A stretch of 64,000 bases of DNA from Clostridiaceae bacterium (lineage in GTDB: Bacteria > Bacillota > Clostridia > Christensenellales > CAG-138): assembly GCA_039683415.1 (NCBI GenBank), contig JBDKRL010000008.1:527-64526 (forward strand), given 5' to 3'. A program made the translations under genes and the position numbers. Numbering within the stretch: position 1 is the stretch's first letter; each line of letters opens with the position of its first letter. The notes beneath the pieces are model-generated. The model was given only the letters and a program-made list of their open reading frames with translations, was not told the DNA's origin and searched no databases. Positions 39,419-49,538 of this stretch are shown here, piece by piece.

Positions 39419-42373
39419 TTGAAATTTATGCTGAATATTGCGCAGTGCACGGATTCGTTTCTACCCGTTTCGGACGGCGTCGGCCGCGTCGCGTACGCGT
39501 ACGCGCGCGCGCTTGCCCAGCGCGGAAACGACGTCAGCGTGATCACCCCGATGACGGATTCCGGGTTTCGCGGGAGACATACGTTTGAAATACTGGACTA
39601 TATGGCGCTTTCACTGCCGGGTTTTGCGCGGAGAGTGGGCGTTGCCGCGCTGGATTTGCATTATGCCGCGCGCGCAAACGCCATGCGCTTCGACGTAATC
39701 CATACCCACAGCACTGGCTCTGCGGGGATTGAGGCAATCCGCCTTGCGGACCGGCTGCATGTGCCGCTGGTCGGCACCTTTCATCCCAAATACATTCGCG
39801 AGTACCTGACGGCCGATAAGGACGAGCGGGATTCGATTTTGACCAAGCTGTTCGCGTTTGACTATTTCAGCCGTTGTGACGAAATCTGGACGGCAAACGA
39901 AGAAGCGCGCGAGCTGCTGCTGGAGCGCGGCTTTCAGGGCAACATCGAAGTATTCGACAACGGCACGGAGCTCGAACCCGTCAGCGCGGAAATGCGGCAG
40001 CGCGCGCGGAAGGAATTCCACCTCACCAGCTCCCCCGTGCTGCTGTTTGCGGGCAGTCTGGAGCGGCAAAAGAACCTGCCGCGCATGCTGGAAGCGGCGG
40101 CCATCTTAAAGCGGCGGAATGTGAACTTTCAGCTGTTGCTGGCCGGGCGCGGGCCGGACGAAGCGCATATCCGGGAGCTTGCGCGCGCGCTCAGCCTGAC
40201 CGGCACGGTGCGGTTATTGGGATATATCACGGACGAATCGCTCCTTGGCGGGCTGTACGCCGAGAGCGCGCTCTGCCTGTTTCCCGCGCAGCAGATCAGC
40301 GCGGGGTTCGTCGTGCGGGAAGCCGCGGCGCAGGGCACGCCTTCGCTGGTCATTGCGGGCAGCGCGCCGAGCAGTTTAATCGAAAACGGCGTCAACGGGC
40401 TGACCTGTGCGGACACGCCGGAGAGCATGGCGGACGCGATAGAAGGCTATCTCAGCGCGCCGGAACGGATGCGCCTTCTCAGCAAAAACGCGCGCGAACT
40501 GCCGTCCGTTTCCTGGGGCGCGGTGATGGATCGCGTGGTCGAACGATACGAAGCGCTCGCGTCTCTGGAGCGCATGCAGCTCAGCCGCAAGCGCGGCGTG
40601 TTCCGCAAGGAGATGGAAAAGGTCGATCTCTCGCTGGAAAAGCGTGCGACGGATCTGATTTGGAAGTTTTTGACGCAGGATACCCAACACCTCTATGTGT
40701 ACCCGCACCGTCTGCAACAGCCGCCGATGGAGGCCAAACCGGAACGCTTTCCTCTGCCGCGCTCCACGCCGGAGCAGGAGGGGATTTCCTCCCGCGCAAT
40801 CAACGCGCTGTTCGATTCGATCCATTCGGACGAAGCCGCGCGCGCGCAGGAGATGATCATCCTCCGCAACGGCAAAGTCATTGCCGAAGCGGCCTGGACG
40901 CCCTACGAGCCCTGCCTGCCGCATCAGCTGTATTCCATGAGCAAGTCCATCACCGCCACCGCTGTCGGCATGCTTGTGGACGAAGGCGGGTTGAATCTGG
41001 ACGAAAAGCTCTGCGATATCTTTTTTGATAAAGCGCCGGAAAACGAGAACCATCCTTCGTGGAAGATGACCGTGCAGCACCTGCTAAACATGAGCACCGG
41101 TTCGTATTTCAACGAGGCGGGTTCGGCCATGGGATCTGACTGGGTCAAGGAGTTTCTGCATACGGGCGTTAAATACCCGGCGGGAACGGCTTTTGACTAT
41201 AACTCGATGAATACCTACATGCTCGCGGCCATCATCCGCCGCAAAACGGGGCAAACGCTCACGGAGTACCTAACACCCCGCCTGTATGAGCCGCTCGGCA
41301 TTGAAGAACACCCCTGGGAAACCTGCCCCAATGGCACGGAAAAAGGTGGCTGGGGGCTTTCGCTGACCATGGAGAGCGCGGCAAAGATCGGCCAACTCTA
41401 CCTGAACAAAGGTCGCTGGGAAACAAAAACGGGTGTGCGCCAGGTCGTCAGCGAGCGCTGGGTACAAGAAGCCACCCGCCCGCAGATCGATACGCCAAAG
41501 GGTGAAATCACCTATGGTTACGGCCACCAAATCTGGATGACCGCGCGCAAAGGGGCGTTTCTCTTTAACGGCGCGTTCGGGCAGTATATGCTCGCGATTC
41601 CGGATCGAAACGCGCTGGTCGTGCTGTTTTCCGGGACGAGCCGTTTGTTTGCCAACGGCGGCGTGCTCGATCAGGTGACCGCGGCGCTGGATACCGTGCA
41701 GGATCCTCCGCTGCCGCCGCTGCCAAAGGACGAAGCCGGGCGCGAAGCGCTGCTTACGACGCTCAACAGCCTGACAGTTCGTTACCGCGAGCCGTACTTT
41801 GACCCGAATCTTCGTATCGTGCCGCTGGAGGAGATCGCGCGGCGGCTGGACGGGCGCGTATATACGTTCCCAACGAACATCGGCGGCATCATGCCGATGA
41901 TTCTACAGAGCGTGCACAACAACTTTTCAACGGGTCTAACGCGCGCGGCGTTCGATTATCTGGAGGATGGAAGCCTTCTGGTTGAGCTTGCCGAAGGCTC
42001 GGAAACGCACCGCTTTACGCTTGCGGAAGACGGCTATACCGCCGGAACCATCTGCCAGCGCGGGGATACTTACGCCATCCGCACCGCGGCGCAGGCGGCG
42101 ATGCTGGACGGGGACGATTTTGTTTTAAACGCGGTGGTGCACTTTGTTGAAACGCCGTTTACGCGGCTTGTGAAGTTTACGTTTGCGCAGGACAAGCTGA
42201 AGATCGAGTTCGACGAAAGCCCGTCGATTCGGGACGCTTCCGAGATGATGCTGGAACTCACGGGAATTACGCGCGTGCAGGTCGTGCGCAACCTCATGCC
42301 GCTGCTCAAGCGCGACAGGCTCCAGCATACGCTCCGAACGTTCACCACGGTTTCTGTGCAGGGAACGCTTTAG
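39419..42373 (+). CDS. Fusion protein: GT4 glycosyltransferase + beta-lactamase-family serine hydrolase (start may be ATG 39428)
   Basis: N-half has TDSFLPVSDGV, DVIHTHS, LLFAGSLERQKN and VVREAAAQGTP; C-half has SMSKS, YNSMN, GYGHQIW and GAFGQ. Confidence 0.85.
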   Translation: MKFMLNIAQCTDSFLPVSDGVGRVAYAYARALAQRGNDVSVITPMTDSGFRGRHTFEILDYMALSLPGFARRVGVAALDLHYAARANAMRFDVIHTHSTGSAGIEAIRLADRLHVPLVGTFHPKYIREYLTADKDERDSILTKLFAFDYFSRCDEIWTANEEARELLLERGFQGNIEVFDNGTELEPVSAEMRQRARKEFHLTSSPVLLFAGSLERQKNLPRMLEAAAILKRRNVNFQLLLAGRGPDEAHIRELARALSLTGTVRLLGYITDESLLGGLYAESALCLFPAQQISAGFVVREAAAQGTPSLVIAGSAPSSLIENGVNGLTCADTPESMADAIEGYLSAPERMRLLSKNARELPSVSWGAVMDRVVERYEALASLERMQLSRKRGVFRKEMEKVDLSLEKRATDLIWKFLTQDTQHLYVYPHRLQQPPMEAKPERFPLPRSTPEQEGISSRAINALFDSIHSDEAARAQEMIILRNGKVIAEAAWTPYEPCLPHQLYSMSKSITATAVGMLVDEGGLNLDEKLCDIFFDKAPENENHPSWKMTVQHLLNMSTGSYFNEAGSAMGSDWVKEFLHTGVKYPAGTAFDYNSMNTYMLAAIIRRKTGQTLTEYLTPRLYEPLGIEEHPWETCPNGTEKGGWGLSLTMESAAKIGQLYLNKGRWETKTGVRQVVSERWVQEATRPQIDTPKGEITYGYGHQIWMTARKGAFLFNGAFGQYMLAIPDRNALVVLFSGTSRLFANGGVLDQVTAALDTVQDPPLPPLPKDEAGREALLTTLNSLTVRYREPYFDPNLRIVPLEEIARRLDGRVYTFPTNIGGIMPMILQSVHNNFSTGLTRAAFDYLEDGSLLVELAEGSETHRFTLAEDGYTAGTICQRGDTYAIRTAAQAAMLDGDDFVLNAVVHFVETPFTRLVKFTFAQDKLKIEFDESPSIRDASEMMLELTGITRVQVVRNLMPLLKRDRLQHTLRTFTTVSVQGTL

Positions 42374-42384
42374 GGCTTTTGGCT

Positions 42385-42537
42385 TTTTCCGAGGGCTCTG
42401 CCCTCGTACTCCCGCCAAGGGGCAAGCCCCTTGGAACCCCTATATTGTGGGATTCCAAAGGGAGAATCCCTTTGGTCGGGGTTTGGGGCGAAGCCCCGAG
42501 TATTATCGTATTTGGGGCGAAGCCCCAAGAAAAGATA
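42385..42537. repeat. Head-to-head pair of REP-like elements (family 1) between convergent genes
   Basis: Minus copy CCAAGGGGCAAGCCCCTTGG and plus copy CCAAAGGGAGAATCCCTTTGG, each with a second hairpin. Confidence 0.8.
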
Positions 42538-42589
42538 AAAAGCAAAAACGAGCGGAACCGTCAGGTTCCGCTCGTTTGTTATGCTTGTG

Positions 42590-43858
42590 TTACGCCGATT
42601 GCTTCGGCTTTTTGAGTGCCCGCTTTTCGCCGCGGCCTTCCGCCAGCAGCGGCGGGCAAACCTTGGCGATTACATCCGCGGTGATGTGGCAGGTGGCAAC
42701 GTCCTCGCGGGAGGGGATATCGAACATAATATCCAGCATCACATCCTCCAGAATCGCCCGTAAGCCGCGCGCGCCGGTTTTGCGCTCGATGGCCTTTTTG
42801 GCAACGGCGCGGATGGCGTCCTCGTCGAACGTGAGTTCGACGCCGTCCATCTCAAAGAGCCGCTGATACTGGCGGGTGAGCGCATTTTTCGGTTCGGTGA
42901 GGATGCGCACCAGCGCTTCTTCGTCCAGGTTCTCCAGAGTAACGATAATCGGCATACGCCCGACAAACTCCGGAATCAAACCGAACTTGAGCAGGTCTTC
43001 CGGCAGGATGTGCTTGAGCACTTCGCCGACGTCCTTATCCACATTGCTCTGCACGTCCGCGCCAAAACCGAGGATCTTGTGGCCGATGCGCTTTTCAATG
43101 ATCTTGTCCACACCCGAAAACGCGCCGCCGCAGATGAAGAGGATGTTCGTTGTATCGATCTGGATGAACTCCTGATGCGGATGCTTGCGCCCGCCCTGCG
43201 GAGGAACGGAAGCGACCGTGCCTTCCAGAATCTTCAGCAGCGCCTGCTGCACGCCTTCGCCGGAGACGTCCCGCGTGATGGAGACGTTTTCGCCCTTGCG
43301 CGCGATCTTGTCGATTTCGTCGATGTAGATAATGCCCTTGCTGGCCTTCTCCACGTCGTAATCGGCGGCCTGGATGAGCTTGAGCAGGATGTTTTCCACG
43401 TCCTCGCCAACGTACCCCGCCTCGGTGAGGCTGGTTGCGTCCGCAACGGCAAACGGCACGTTGAGAATGCGCGCCAGGGTCTGGGCGAGCATGGTCTTAC
43501 CGCAGCCGGTCGGCCCGAGCATGATGATGTTGCTCTTTTGGAGCTCCACGTCGTCACCCTTGACGATGGGCGAGTTGATCCGCTTGTAATGGTTATACAC
43601 CGCAACTGCCAGCGCGCGCTTGGCCATATCCTGGCCGATGACGTACTGGTCGAGCTGGCTTAAGATTTCCTGCGGTTTGGGGATGTTGCTCAGGTCGATG
43701 GGTTCGGCCTCGGCATCCTCCTCAATGATTTCACGGCAGAGCTCGACGCATTCGTTGCAGATGTTGACGCCGGGACCCGCTATGATGCGGTGGACGTCCT
43801 CCTGCGCTTTGCCGCAAAACGAGCAGCGCACGGCGGACGGTTCTTCGATTTTTGTCAT
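42590..43858 (-). CDS. clpX: ATP-dependent Clp protease ATP-binding subunit ClpX
   Basis: CSFCGK zinc finger, [23 protein letters not shown] and LGF loop. Confidence 0.99.
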   Translation of the reverse strand: MTKIEEPSAVRCSFCGKAQEDVHRIIAGPGVNICNECVELCREIIEEDAEAEPIDLSNIPKPQEILSQLDQYVIGQDMAKRALAVAVYNHYKRINSPIVKGDDVELQKSNIIMLGPTGCGKTMLAQTLARILNVPFAVADATSLTEAGYVGEDVENILLKLIQAADYDVEKASKGIIYIDEIDKIARKGENVSITRDVSGEGVQQALLKILEGTVASVPPQGGRKHPHQEFIQIDTTNILFICGGAFSGVDKIIEKRIGHKILGFGADVQSNVDKDVGEVLKHILPEDLLKFGLIPEFVGRMPIIVTLENLDEEALVRILTEPKNALTRQYQRLFEMDGVELTFDEDAIRAVAKKAIERKTGARGLRAILEDVMLDIMFDIPSREDVATCHITADVIAKVCPPLLAEGRGEKRALKKPKQSA

Positions 43859-43874
43859 ATATACCTCATTTAGG

Positions 43875-44459
43875 TTATCTGCGCGGCGGGAAGACCTCGT
43901 CGATCAGCCCGTACGCGCGCGCCTCCTCGGCGCTCATGTAGTTGTCGCGCTCGGTATCCTGCGTGACCCGCTCGATTGTCTGCCCCGTGCGCGCGGCGAG
44001 AATTTCGTTGAGACGGCGCTTGATTTTAAGTATCTGTTCGGCCTGGATGTTGATATCGGTCGCCTGCCCCTGCGCGCCGCCGCTGACCTGATGGATCATG
44101 ACTTCGGCGTTTGGCAGCGCTTTTCGCTTGCCCTTGGCTCCGGCTGCGAGCAGGAACGCGCCCATGGACGCCGCGAGGCCAACGCAGATGGTGGCAACTT
44201 CGCATTTGATGTACTGCATCGTGTCGTAAATGGCAAGCCCCGCGCTGACCGAGCCGCCGGGGGAGTTGATGTAGAGGTTGATGTCCTTATCGGGGTCGTC
44301 GCCTTCCAAAAAGAGCATCTGGGCCACGACGATATTGGCCGTGTCGTCGTCGATGGGCCCGCCGATAAAGATGATGCGATCCTTGAGCAGGCGGCTGTAG
44401 ATATCGTAACTGCGTTCGCCGTGGCTGGTCTGCTCGATGACCATCGGGATTAAGTTCAT
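43875..44459 (-). CDS. clpP: ATP-dependent Clp protease proteolytic subunit
   Basis: [22 protein letters not shown] and DTERDNYM-type motifs. Confidence 0.99.
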   Translation of the reverse strand: MNLIPMVIEQTSHGERSYDIYSRLLKDRIIFIGGPIDDDTANIVVAQMLFLEGDDPDKDINLYINSPGGSVSAGLAIYDTMQYIKCEVATICVGLAASMGAFLLAAGAKGKRKALPNAEVMIHQVSGGAQGQATDINIQAEQILKIKRRLNEILAARTGQTIERVTQDTERDNYMSAEEARAYGLIDEVFPPRR

Positions 44460-44551
44460 ATTCGTTCCCTCCTTCGGGGAGTAATAGGGGTTCGGCTCCG
44501 TTCATCCGCGTTTCTGCATAGGCAGAAAAGCAGGAATGAACGATGACGCCG

Positions 44552-45949
44552 TTATTCCTTCGGTTCGGCTTTTTTTGCCGCGGGTTTCTTGGCGGGCTTG
44601 GCTTCCGCTTCCGCGCCTGCTTCCGCCTTTTTGGCGGCGGCTTTCTTGGCGGGCTTCTTTTCGGCTTCGCCTTTAACGAGCACCACGCTGTCGGTGATGA
44701 TCTTGACGGTCTTTTGCGCAATCACGTGATCGGTGATGTACTCCAGATCGTCCGCGGAAAGCGTCTTTTCGAACTCTTCCGGTGTTTTTCCGCTGCCTGC
44801 GGCGTATTCGGCGATGGCGGACTTTTTGTCTTCCTCGGTGCACGCGACGTGCTCCTTTTCGCCGATGGCTTCCACCACAAGCTGCATCTTGACGCGCGCA
44901 AGGGCTTCGGCGCGATAGCTTTCCTTCAAACCGGCCATGTCGGTGCCGGTGTACTTGCAGTAGTCGTCCAGAGAGAGTCCGCTCATGCTGAGCTGATAGG
45001 AGATATCGCGCAGCATATAGTTGATCTGGCGTTCGACCATGACGTCCGGAACTTCCACGATGGCGTTGTCGCTGGCGATTTTCAGAGCGACGTTTTCAAT
45101 CGCGGTGGTGCGGTTCTTTTCGGCTTTTTCGAGCATCTTGGCCTTTTTATCGGCTTTGAGCGCTTCGAGCGTGTCGAAGTCCGAAATATCCTTGGCAAAC
45201 TCGTCGTCCAGAGCGGGCAGTTCCTTGATCTGAACGGCCTTGATCTTGATGGCGAACACGGCGTCCTTGCCGGCAAGCGGCGCGGAATATTCGTCCGGGA
45301 AGCGAACGGAGATATCCTTCTCTTCGCCGGCTTTCAGGCCGATGAGCTGCTCTTCAAAGCCCGGAATAAACGTGCCGGAACCGATGACCAGCAGCTGGTC
45401 TTCGGCGGTGCCGCCTTCGAACTTTTCGCCGTCCACGCTGCCGGAATAGTCCAGCACCACGCGGTCGCCGTTTTCGATGGCACGTTCGACTTCAATGAAG
45501 CGGGCGCTCTTTTCGCGCTCTTTTTCGAGTTCGGCCAGCACTTCGGAATCTTCCACATTGAACTCCGGTTCGGGAACTTCCAGCTTTTTGTACGCGCCCA
45601 GAGAGACTTCGGGCTTTAGCTGCACTTCGGCGGTAAAGACAATGCCCTCGGCCAGGCTGATGGAGCTGATATCAAGAGCGGGTTTATCCACAGCGGTCAG
45701 GTTAAGTTCGGCAAGCGCCGCGTCGTACGCGTCGCCCCAGACGAGTTCGAACGCGTCTTCGTAAAAAACGCCTTCGCCGTACATGTTCTCAATAACCTTC
45801 TTGGGCGCTTTGCCCTTGCGGAAGCCCGGGATATTGTAACGCTTCGCGGTTTTGTAATACGCTTGCTGAATTGCGGCGGCGAACGCTTCGGGGGTTACGG
45901 GTATGGTCAGCTTTGCGCGGTTGTTTTCCAGTTTCTCTACGGTTGCCAT
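44552..45949 (-). CDS. tig: Trigger factor
   Basis: PGFRKGKAP motif, FKBP domain FIPGFEEQLIG, upstream of clpP; GGAGG SD before ATG 45949. Confidence 0.97.
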   Translation of the reverse strand: MATVEKLENNRAKLTIPVTPEAFAAAIQQAYYKTAKRYNIPGFRKGKAPKKVIENMYGEGVFYEDAFELVWGDAYDAALAELNLTAVDKPALDISSISLAEGIVFTAEVQLKPEVSLGAYKKLEVPEPEFNVEDSEVLAELEKEREKSARFIEVERAIENGDRVVLDYSGSVDGEKFEGGTAEDQLLVIGSGTFIPGFEEQLIGLKAGEEKDISVRFPDEYSAPLAGKDAVFAIKIKAVQIKELPALDDEFAKDISDFDTLEALKADKKAKMLEKAEKNRTTAIENVALKIASDNAIVEVPDVMVERQINYMLRDISYQLSMSGLSLDDYCKYTGTDMAGLKESYRAEALARVKMQLVVEAIGEKEHVACTEEDKKSAIAEYAAGSGKTPEEFEKTLSADDLEYITDHVIAQKTVKIITDSVVLVKGEAEKKPAKKAAAKKAEAGAEAEAKPAKKPAAKKAEPKE

Positions 45950-46279
45950 TTGTTCCTCCATCTTTCGGCATCTATTACAATGAGCCATATCATTGGCATA
46001 ATACGCCAGTATCAATAGATATTAACATAAGGAAACATTGAATGCAACCGTGATTCCGCAAGGGATTTGGGGCTTTTTGGTGTCTTTTCGGGGTAAAAGC
46101 GGCCGCGGAAAGCAAACGGGGAAATCCGCTGATGCGCGGCGGACGGTTTTTGAAAGTTTTGCGGATGTTTTTTATGAAAATGCGCCGAATCGCTGGCAAA
46201 AGCACAGGAATTCGTATATCATAATGTAAAATTATATACAGTTGTTTATTAACCAACGCTGAAAAAACGGGAGGTATCT

Positions 46280-47251
46280 ATGCTCGATCAAAAGCGAATG
46301 GTCGTACTCGGTGGGCTGCCGCAGAAGATTCACATCAAAAGCGAGAACGAAAAGAACCCCGTTCTGCTGTTTCTGCACGGAGGCCCCGGCGTCTGCAACC
46401 GTCATACGATTATGAAGGACCATGCCGACCTTGCCAAAGTATTCACCATGGTCGCCTGGGATCAGCGCGGCAGCGGCGGCTCCTACTGGGGCGCAAAACA
46501 GGAAACGCTGACCGTCGACCAACTGGTGGAGGACGCAAACGAGCTGGTTGGCTGGCTCTGCGAAACGTTCCATAAGGATAAAATCTTCATCATCGGCGGC
46601 AGCTGGGGAAGCGAGCTGGGCACTTATCTTGTCCACCGGCACCCGGAAAAGATCGCGGCATATGTGGGCTTTGGCCAGGTCGTCAACGGCGCGAAAAACG
46701 AGGAGATCAGCTTCGATTTCGCCATGGCGGAAGCCGTCAAGGCGCGGGATGAAAAATCGATCGAACTTCTCAAAAAAGTCGGTCCGCCGGTGATGGGCGT
46801 TTACAAGGGCGGCTTCGACGGCATGATGGCGCAGCGCCGGGTCATGATGAAATACGGCGGCTATTCGCAGAGCGCGAAAAAGCGCAGTTACTTCCGCTCG
46901 TTCGTCATCCCGGTCGTACTCTCCGGCGAATACAGCCTCAAGGACTTGATCGGTCTTGTAAAAGGCTACAAATACGTGCTGACCCATATGTGGAACGCCG
47001 TGGGCGAAACAGATTTCCCCAACACCTGCACCAAATTCGACGCGCCGTATTTTGTGTTTGACGGCGTTTTGGATCAAAACACGCCCGCGTCCCTCGTGCA
47101 GGACTGGTTCGACACCATTACCGCTCCGCAGAAGGAACTGATCTGGTTTGAACAGTCCGGCCATAACCCGATGGGCGACGAGCCCGCGCGGTTCAAGAGC
47201 CTGCTCATCGACCGCCTGCTGGCGGTACGGGATAAGGAGAAAAACGTATGA
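46280..47251 (+). CDS. Alpha/beta hydrolase (proline iminopeptidase-like)
   Basis: FLHGGPG, DQRGSG, GGSWG nucleophile elbow and SGH motifs. Confidence 0.88.
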   Translation: MLDQKRMVVLGGLPQKIHIKSENEKNPVLLFLHGGPGVCNRHTIMKDHADLAKVFTMVAWDQRGSGGSYWGAKQETLTVDQLVEDANELVGWLCETFHKDKIFIIGGSWGSELGTYLVHRHPEKIAAYVGFGQVVNGAKNEEISFDFAMAEAVKARDEKSIELLKKVGPPVMGVYKGGFDGMMAQRRVMMKYGGYSQSAKKRSYFRSFVIPVVLSGEYSLKDLIGLVKGYKYVLTHMWNAVGETDFPNTCTKFDAPYFVFDGVLDQNTPASLVQDWFDTITAPQKELIWFEQSGHNPMGDEPARFKSLLIDRLLAVRDKEKNV

Positions 47252-48642
47252 ATGAGACCGCCGCGCAGGCCATTCCCCGCACACGATTTCCCGAAAAGCT
47301 CGGATTCTGCACCTTTTCGACCGCAAGCAACGTCGTCTATCAGTTCAAGAGCATGTACTACCTGTTCTTCCTGACCAACGTGATGATGCTGGACGTCCGC
47401 ATCGCGGGGCTGATCCTCACGATCGGCACGATCTGGGACGCGGTCAACGACCCGCTGATCGGTTTTTGGGCGGTCAACCACAAGTTCAAGAACGGCGAAC
47501 GCGTCCGCCCGCTGGCCATCTGGTTTGCCGTGCCATGGGCGATAACGGTCGTGCTGCTGTTTACAAATTTCGGGCTGAGCCATACGCTCTCCATCGCGCT
47601 CGCGCTTGTGATCTACCTGCTCTTTGAGCTGTTCAACACGTTTGTGGGTATCCCCTACAACAGCATGGGGAGCTTAGCCACCAACCTCGACGCCGACCGC
47701 CGCTCGATCAACGTCTTCCGCAACCTTGGCGGGGCGCTTGGCGGGGGTATCGGTGCGGTGGCCTGCCTGCCGCTGCTCAATCTATTTGGCGCGCTGGATG
47801 CAGAAGGTAACCTGATCGCCGCCACCAGCTCGCGCGGGTTCATGCTGACCGCCTGCGTGATGGGCGCGGTCTGCGTCATCGGGTGTCTTGTGCATTTCTT
47901 TACGACTAAAGAGCGCGTTAAGCCCATTGGCGACGACGACGAGAAACTCTCGGTCAAAACCGTGTTCACGATGCTGTTCAAGTGCAAGTCGTGGGTGCTG
48001 AACATGTTCTATATCATTTGCTATGGCGTGATCAACCTGCTGTTGATGAGCTGTCTTACGTATTACGCAACCTATATCATCGGCAGTACGAAAGCGGCAA
48101 CCCCCATTCAGGCGGCATACCTCGCGGCTTCCATCGGCTCGTCGTTCCTCGTTTCGGCAGTCGACCGCGCCATCGGCAGAAAGAAGACGATGCTCGTCGC
48201 CGCCGTACTCTTTATCCTCGGCAAGATCTGGTTTGTTCTCGATCCCTTATCGATCGGCGCGCTCTATGTCAACGCCATCACGGTGGGCATCGCGGTGACC
48301 ATTACGTTTGTCATGTTCAACACCAACCGCAACAATATCGTGGATCTCATCGAGTGGCAGTCCGGTCGCCGCCTCGACAGCCTCGTTTCCACGGCGGACA
48401 ACCTCGCCAGCAAACTCGCCGTCGCGGGCGCTACCTGGCTCGTGACCGCCGCGCTTTCCAGCAACGGTTTTGATGCAAAGCTATCCGTTCAGCCGGAAGC
48501 CGCCATCAACACGATCAACGCGGCGCTCGGCTGGGTGCCGATGCTCGTTGCGGTCGTGATGGTCGTCGTCATCCTCTTTTTGAATATCGACAAGGAAACA
48601 AAGAAGATGCTGGAGGAGAAGGCGGCGCAGGCTGCGCAGTAA
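47248..48642 (+). CDS. MFS transporter, glycoside-pentoside-hexuronide family
   Basis: IWDAVNDPLIG and IPYNSM motifs, about 12 TM segments; coupled to the hydrolase. Confidence 0.88.
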   Translation: MNETAAQAIPRTRFPEKLGFCTFSTASNVVYQFKSMYYLFFLTNVMMLDVRIAGLILTIGTIWDAVNDPLIGFWAVNHKFKNGERVRPLAIWFAVPWAITVVLLFTNFGLSHTLSIALALVIYLLFELFNTFVGIPYNSMGSLATNLDADRRSINVFRNLGGALGGGIGAVACLPLLNLFGALDAEGNLIAATSSRGFMLTACVMGAVCVIGCLVHFFTTKERVKPIGDDDEKLSVKTVFTMLFKCKSWVLNMFYIICYGVINLLLMSCLTYYATYIIGSTKAATPIQAAYLAASIGSSFLVSAVDRAIGRKKTMLVAAVLFILGKIWFVLDPLSIGALYVNAITVGIAVTITFVMFNTNRNNIVDLIEWQSGRRLDSLVSTADNLASKLAVAGATWLVTAALSSNGFDAKLSVQPEAAINTINAALGWVPMLVAVVMVVVILFLNIDKETKKMLEEKAAQAAQ

Positions 48643-48671
48643 AAGTTAGAAGCATTTCCAAACGCGAACAT

Positions 48672-48735
48672 TTGGGTTTCCAAAGGGAGACATCCCTTTG
48701 GTGGGGGATCGGGGGTGGAACCCCCGAGAATCCCT
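48672..48735. repeat. REP-like element (family 1) after the MFS gene
   Basis: GGGTTTCCAAAGGGAGACATCCCTTTGG...GGGGGTGGAACCCCC. Confidence 0.75.
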
Positions 48736-48743
48736 CTTCTTGG

Positions 48744-48772
48744 TTGACAATTGCCGCTAAAAACGGTATATT
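48744..48772 (+). promoter_or_regulatory. sigmaA promoter of the gcv operon
   Basis: TTGACA-N17-TATATT. Confidence 0.8.
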
Positions 48773-48794
48773 GATCCCGGACAATTTCATATTC

Positions 48795-49032
48795 GGATGA
48801 CGGCATCGGGAGAGACCGCAATAGTCGCGGCGCCGAAGGGGAATGCGCAACAAACTCTCAGGCAAAAGGACCGATACCCGACGAAGCTTCGGAAAGCCGC
48901 TTCCACTATTTTATGAGTAGAAGGGGCACCGACGAGGCAATTCCGCGTTTAAGGCACAGCAGGGAAACGCGGGAGAATCTTTCAGGTTCAGATACGGGGC
49001 GCGCGAAGAGTATTCGCGCGTCTCGTTTTTTG
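48795..49032 (+). ncRNA. Tandem glycine riboswitch with a terminator expression platform
   Basis: GGAGAGACC...CGCCGAAGG...CTCTCAGG; AAAAGGAC linker; GGAAAG...CACCGA...TTTCAGG; then stem GGGGCGCGCGAA/TTCGCGCGTCTC with a T-run. Confidence 0.9.
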
Positions 49033-49065
49033 TGTTCAAAAATTTATTTACGGAGGAAAAACAAT

Positions 49066-49443
49066 ATGAATCTGCCGAACGACCGCAAGTACACGGCTTC
49101 CCACGAGTGGCTCATGGACATGGGGGGCGGCATCTACCGCGTCGGCTTGAGCGACTATGCACAGCACGCGCTGGGCGACATCGTATTCATCGATCTGCCC
49201 GCCGTAGGCGACAAGCTGACCAAGGACGTTTCCCTTGGGGACGTCGAGAGCGTCAAAGCCGTTTCGGAAGTGGTCAGCCCCGTGAGCGGAACCGTTTCCG
49301 CCGTCAACGACGCGCTCTCCGGCGCGCCGGAAACGATCAACGCCGCACCTTACGAAACATGGCTGGTCGAAGTAACGGGCGCAACCGCATTTTCCGATCT
49401 GCTGGACGCCGCCGCCTATCAGGCCGTCTGCGAACAGGCATAG
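49066..49443 (+). CDS. gcvH: Glycine cleavage system H protein
   Basis: YTASHEW, GLSDYAQHALGDIVFIDLP and VESVKAVSE (lipoyl Lys). Confidence 0.97.
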   Translation: MNLPNDRKYTASHEWLMDMGGGIYRVGLSDYAQHALGDIVFIDLPAVGDKLTKDVSLGDVESVKAVSEVVSPVSGTVSAVNDALSGAPETINAAPYETWLVEVTGATAFSDLLDAAAYQAVCEQA

Positions 49444-49538
49444 CAAACGCAAAAACAGCCTCCCGCGCCTCTGCTGGAGGCTGTTTGTCTTCTTAATAAA
49501 TAGCGCATCTTTTTTACATTCGAAAGGAGGGAATTTCC

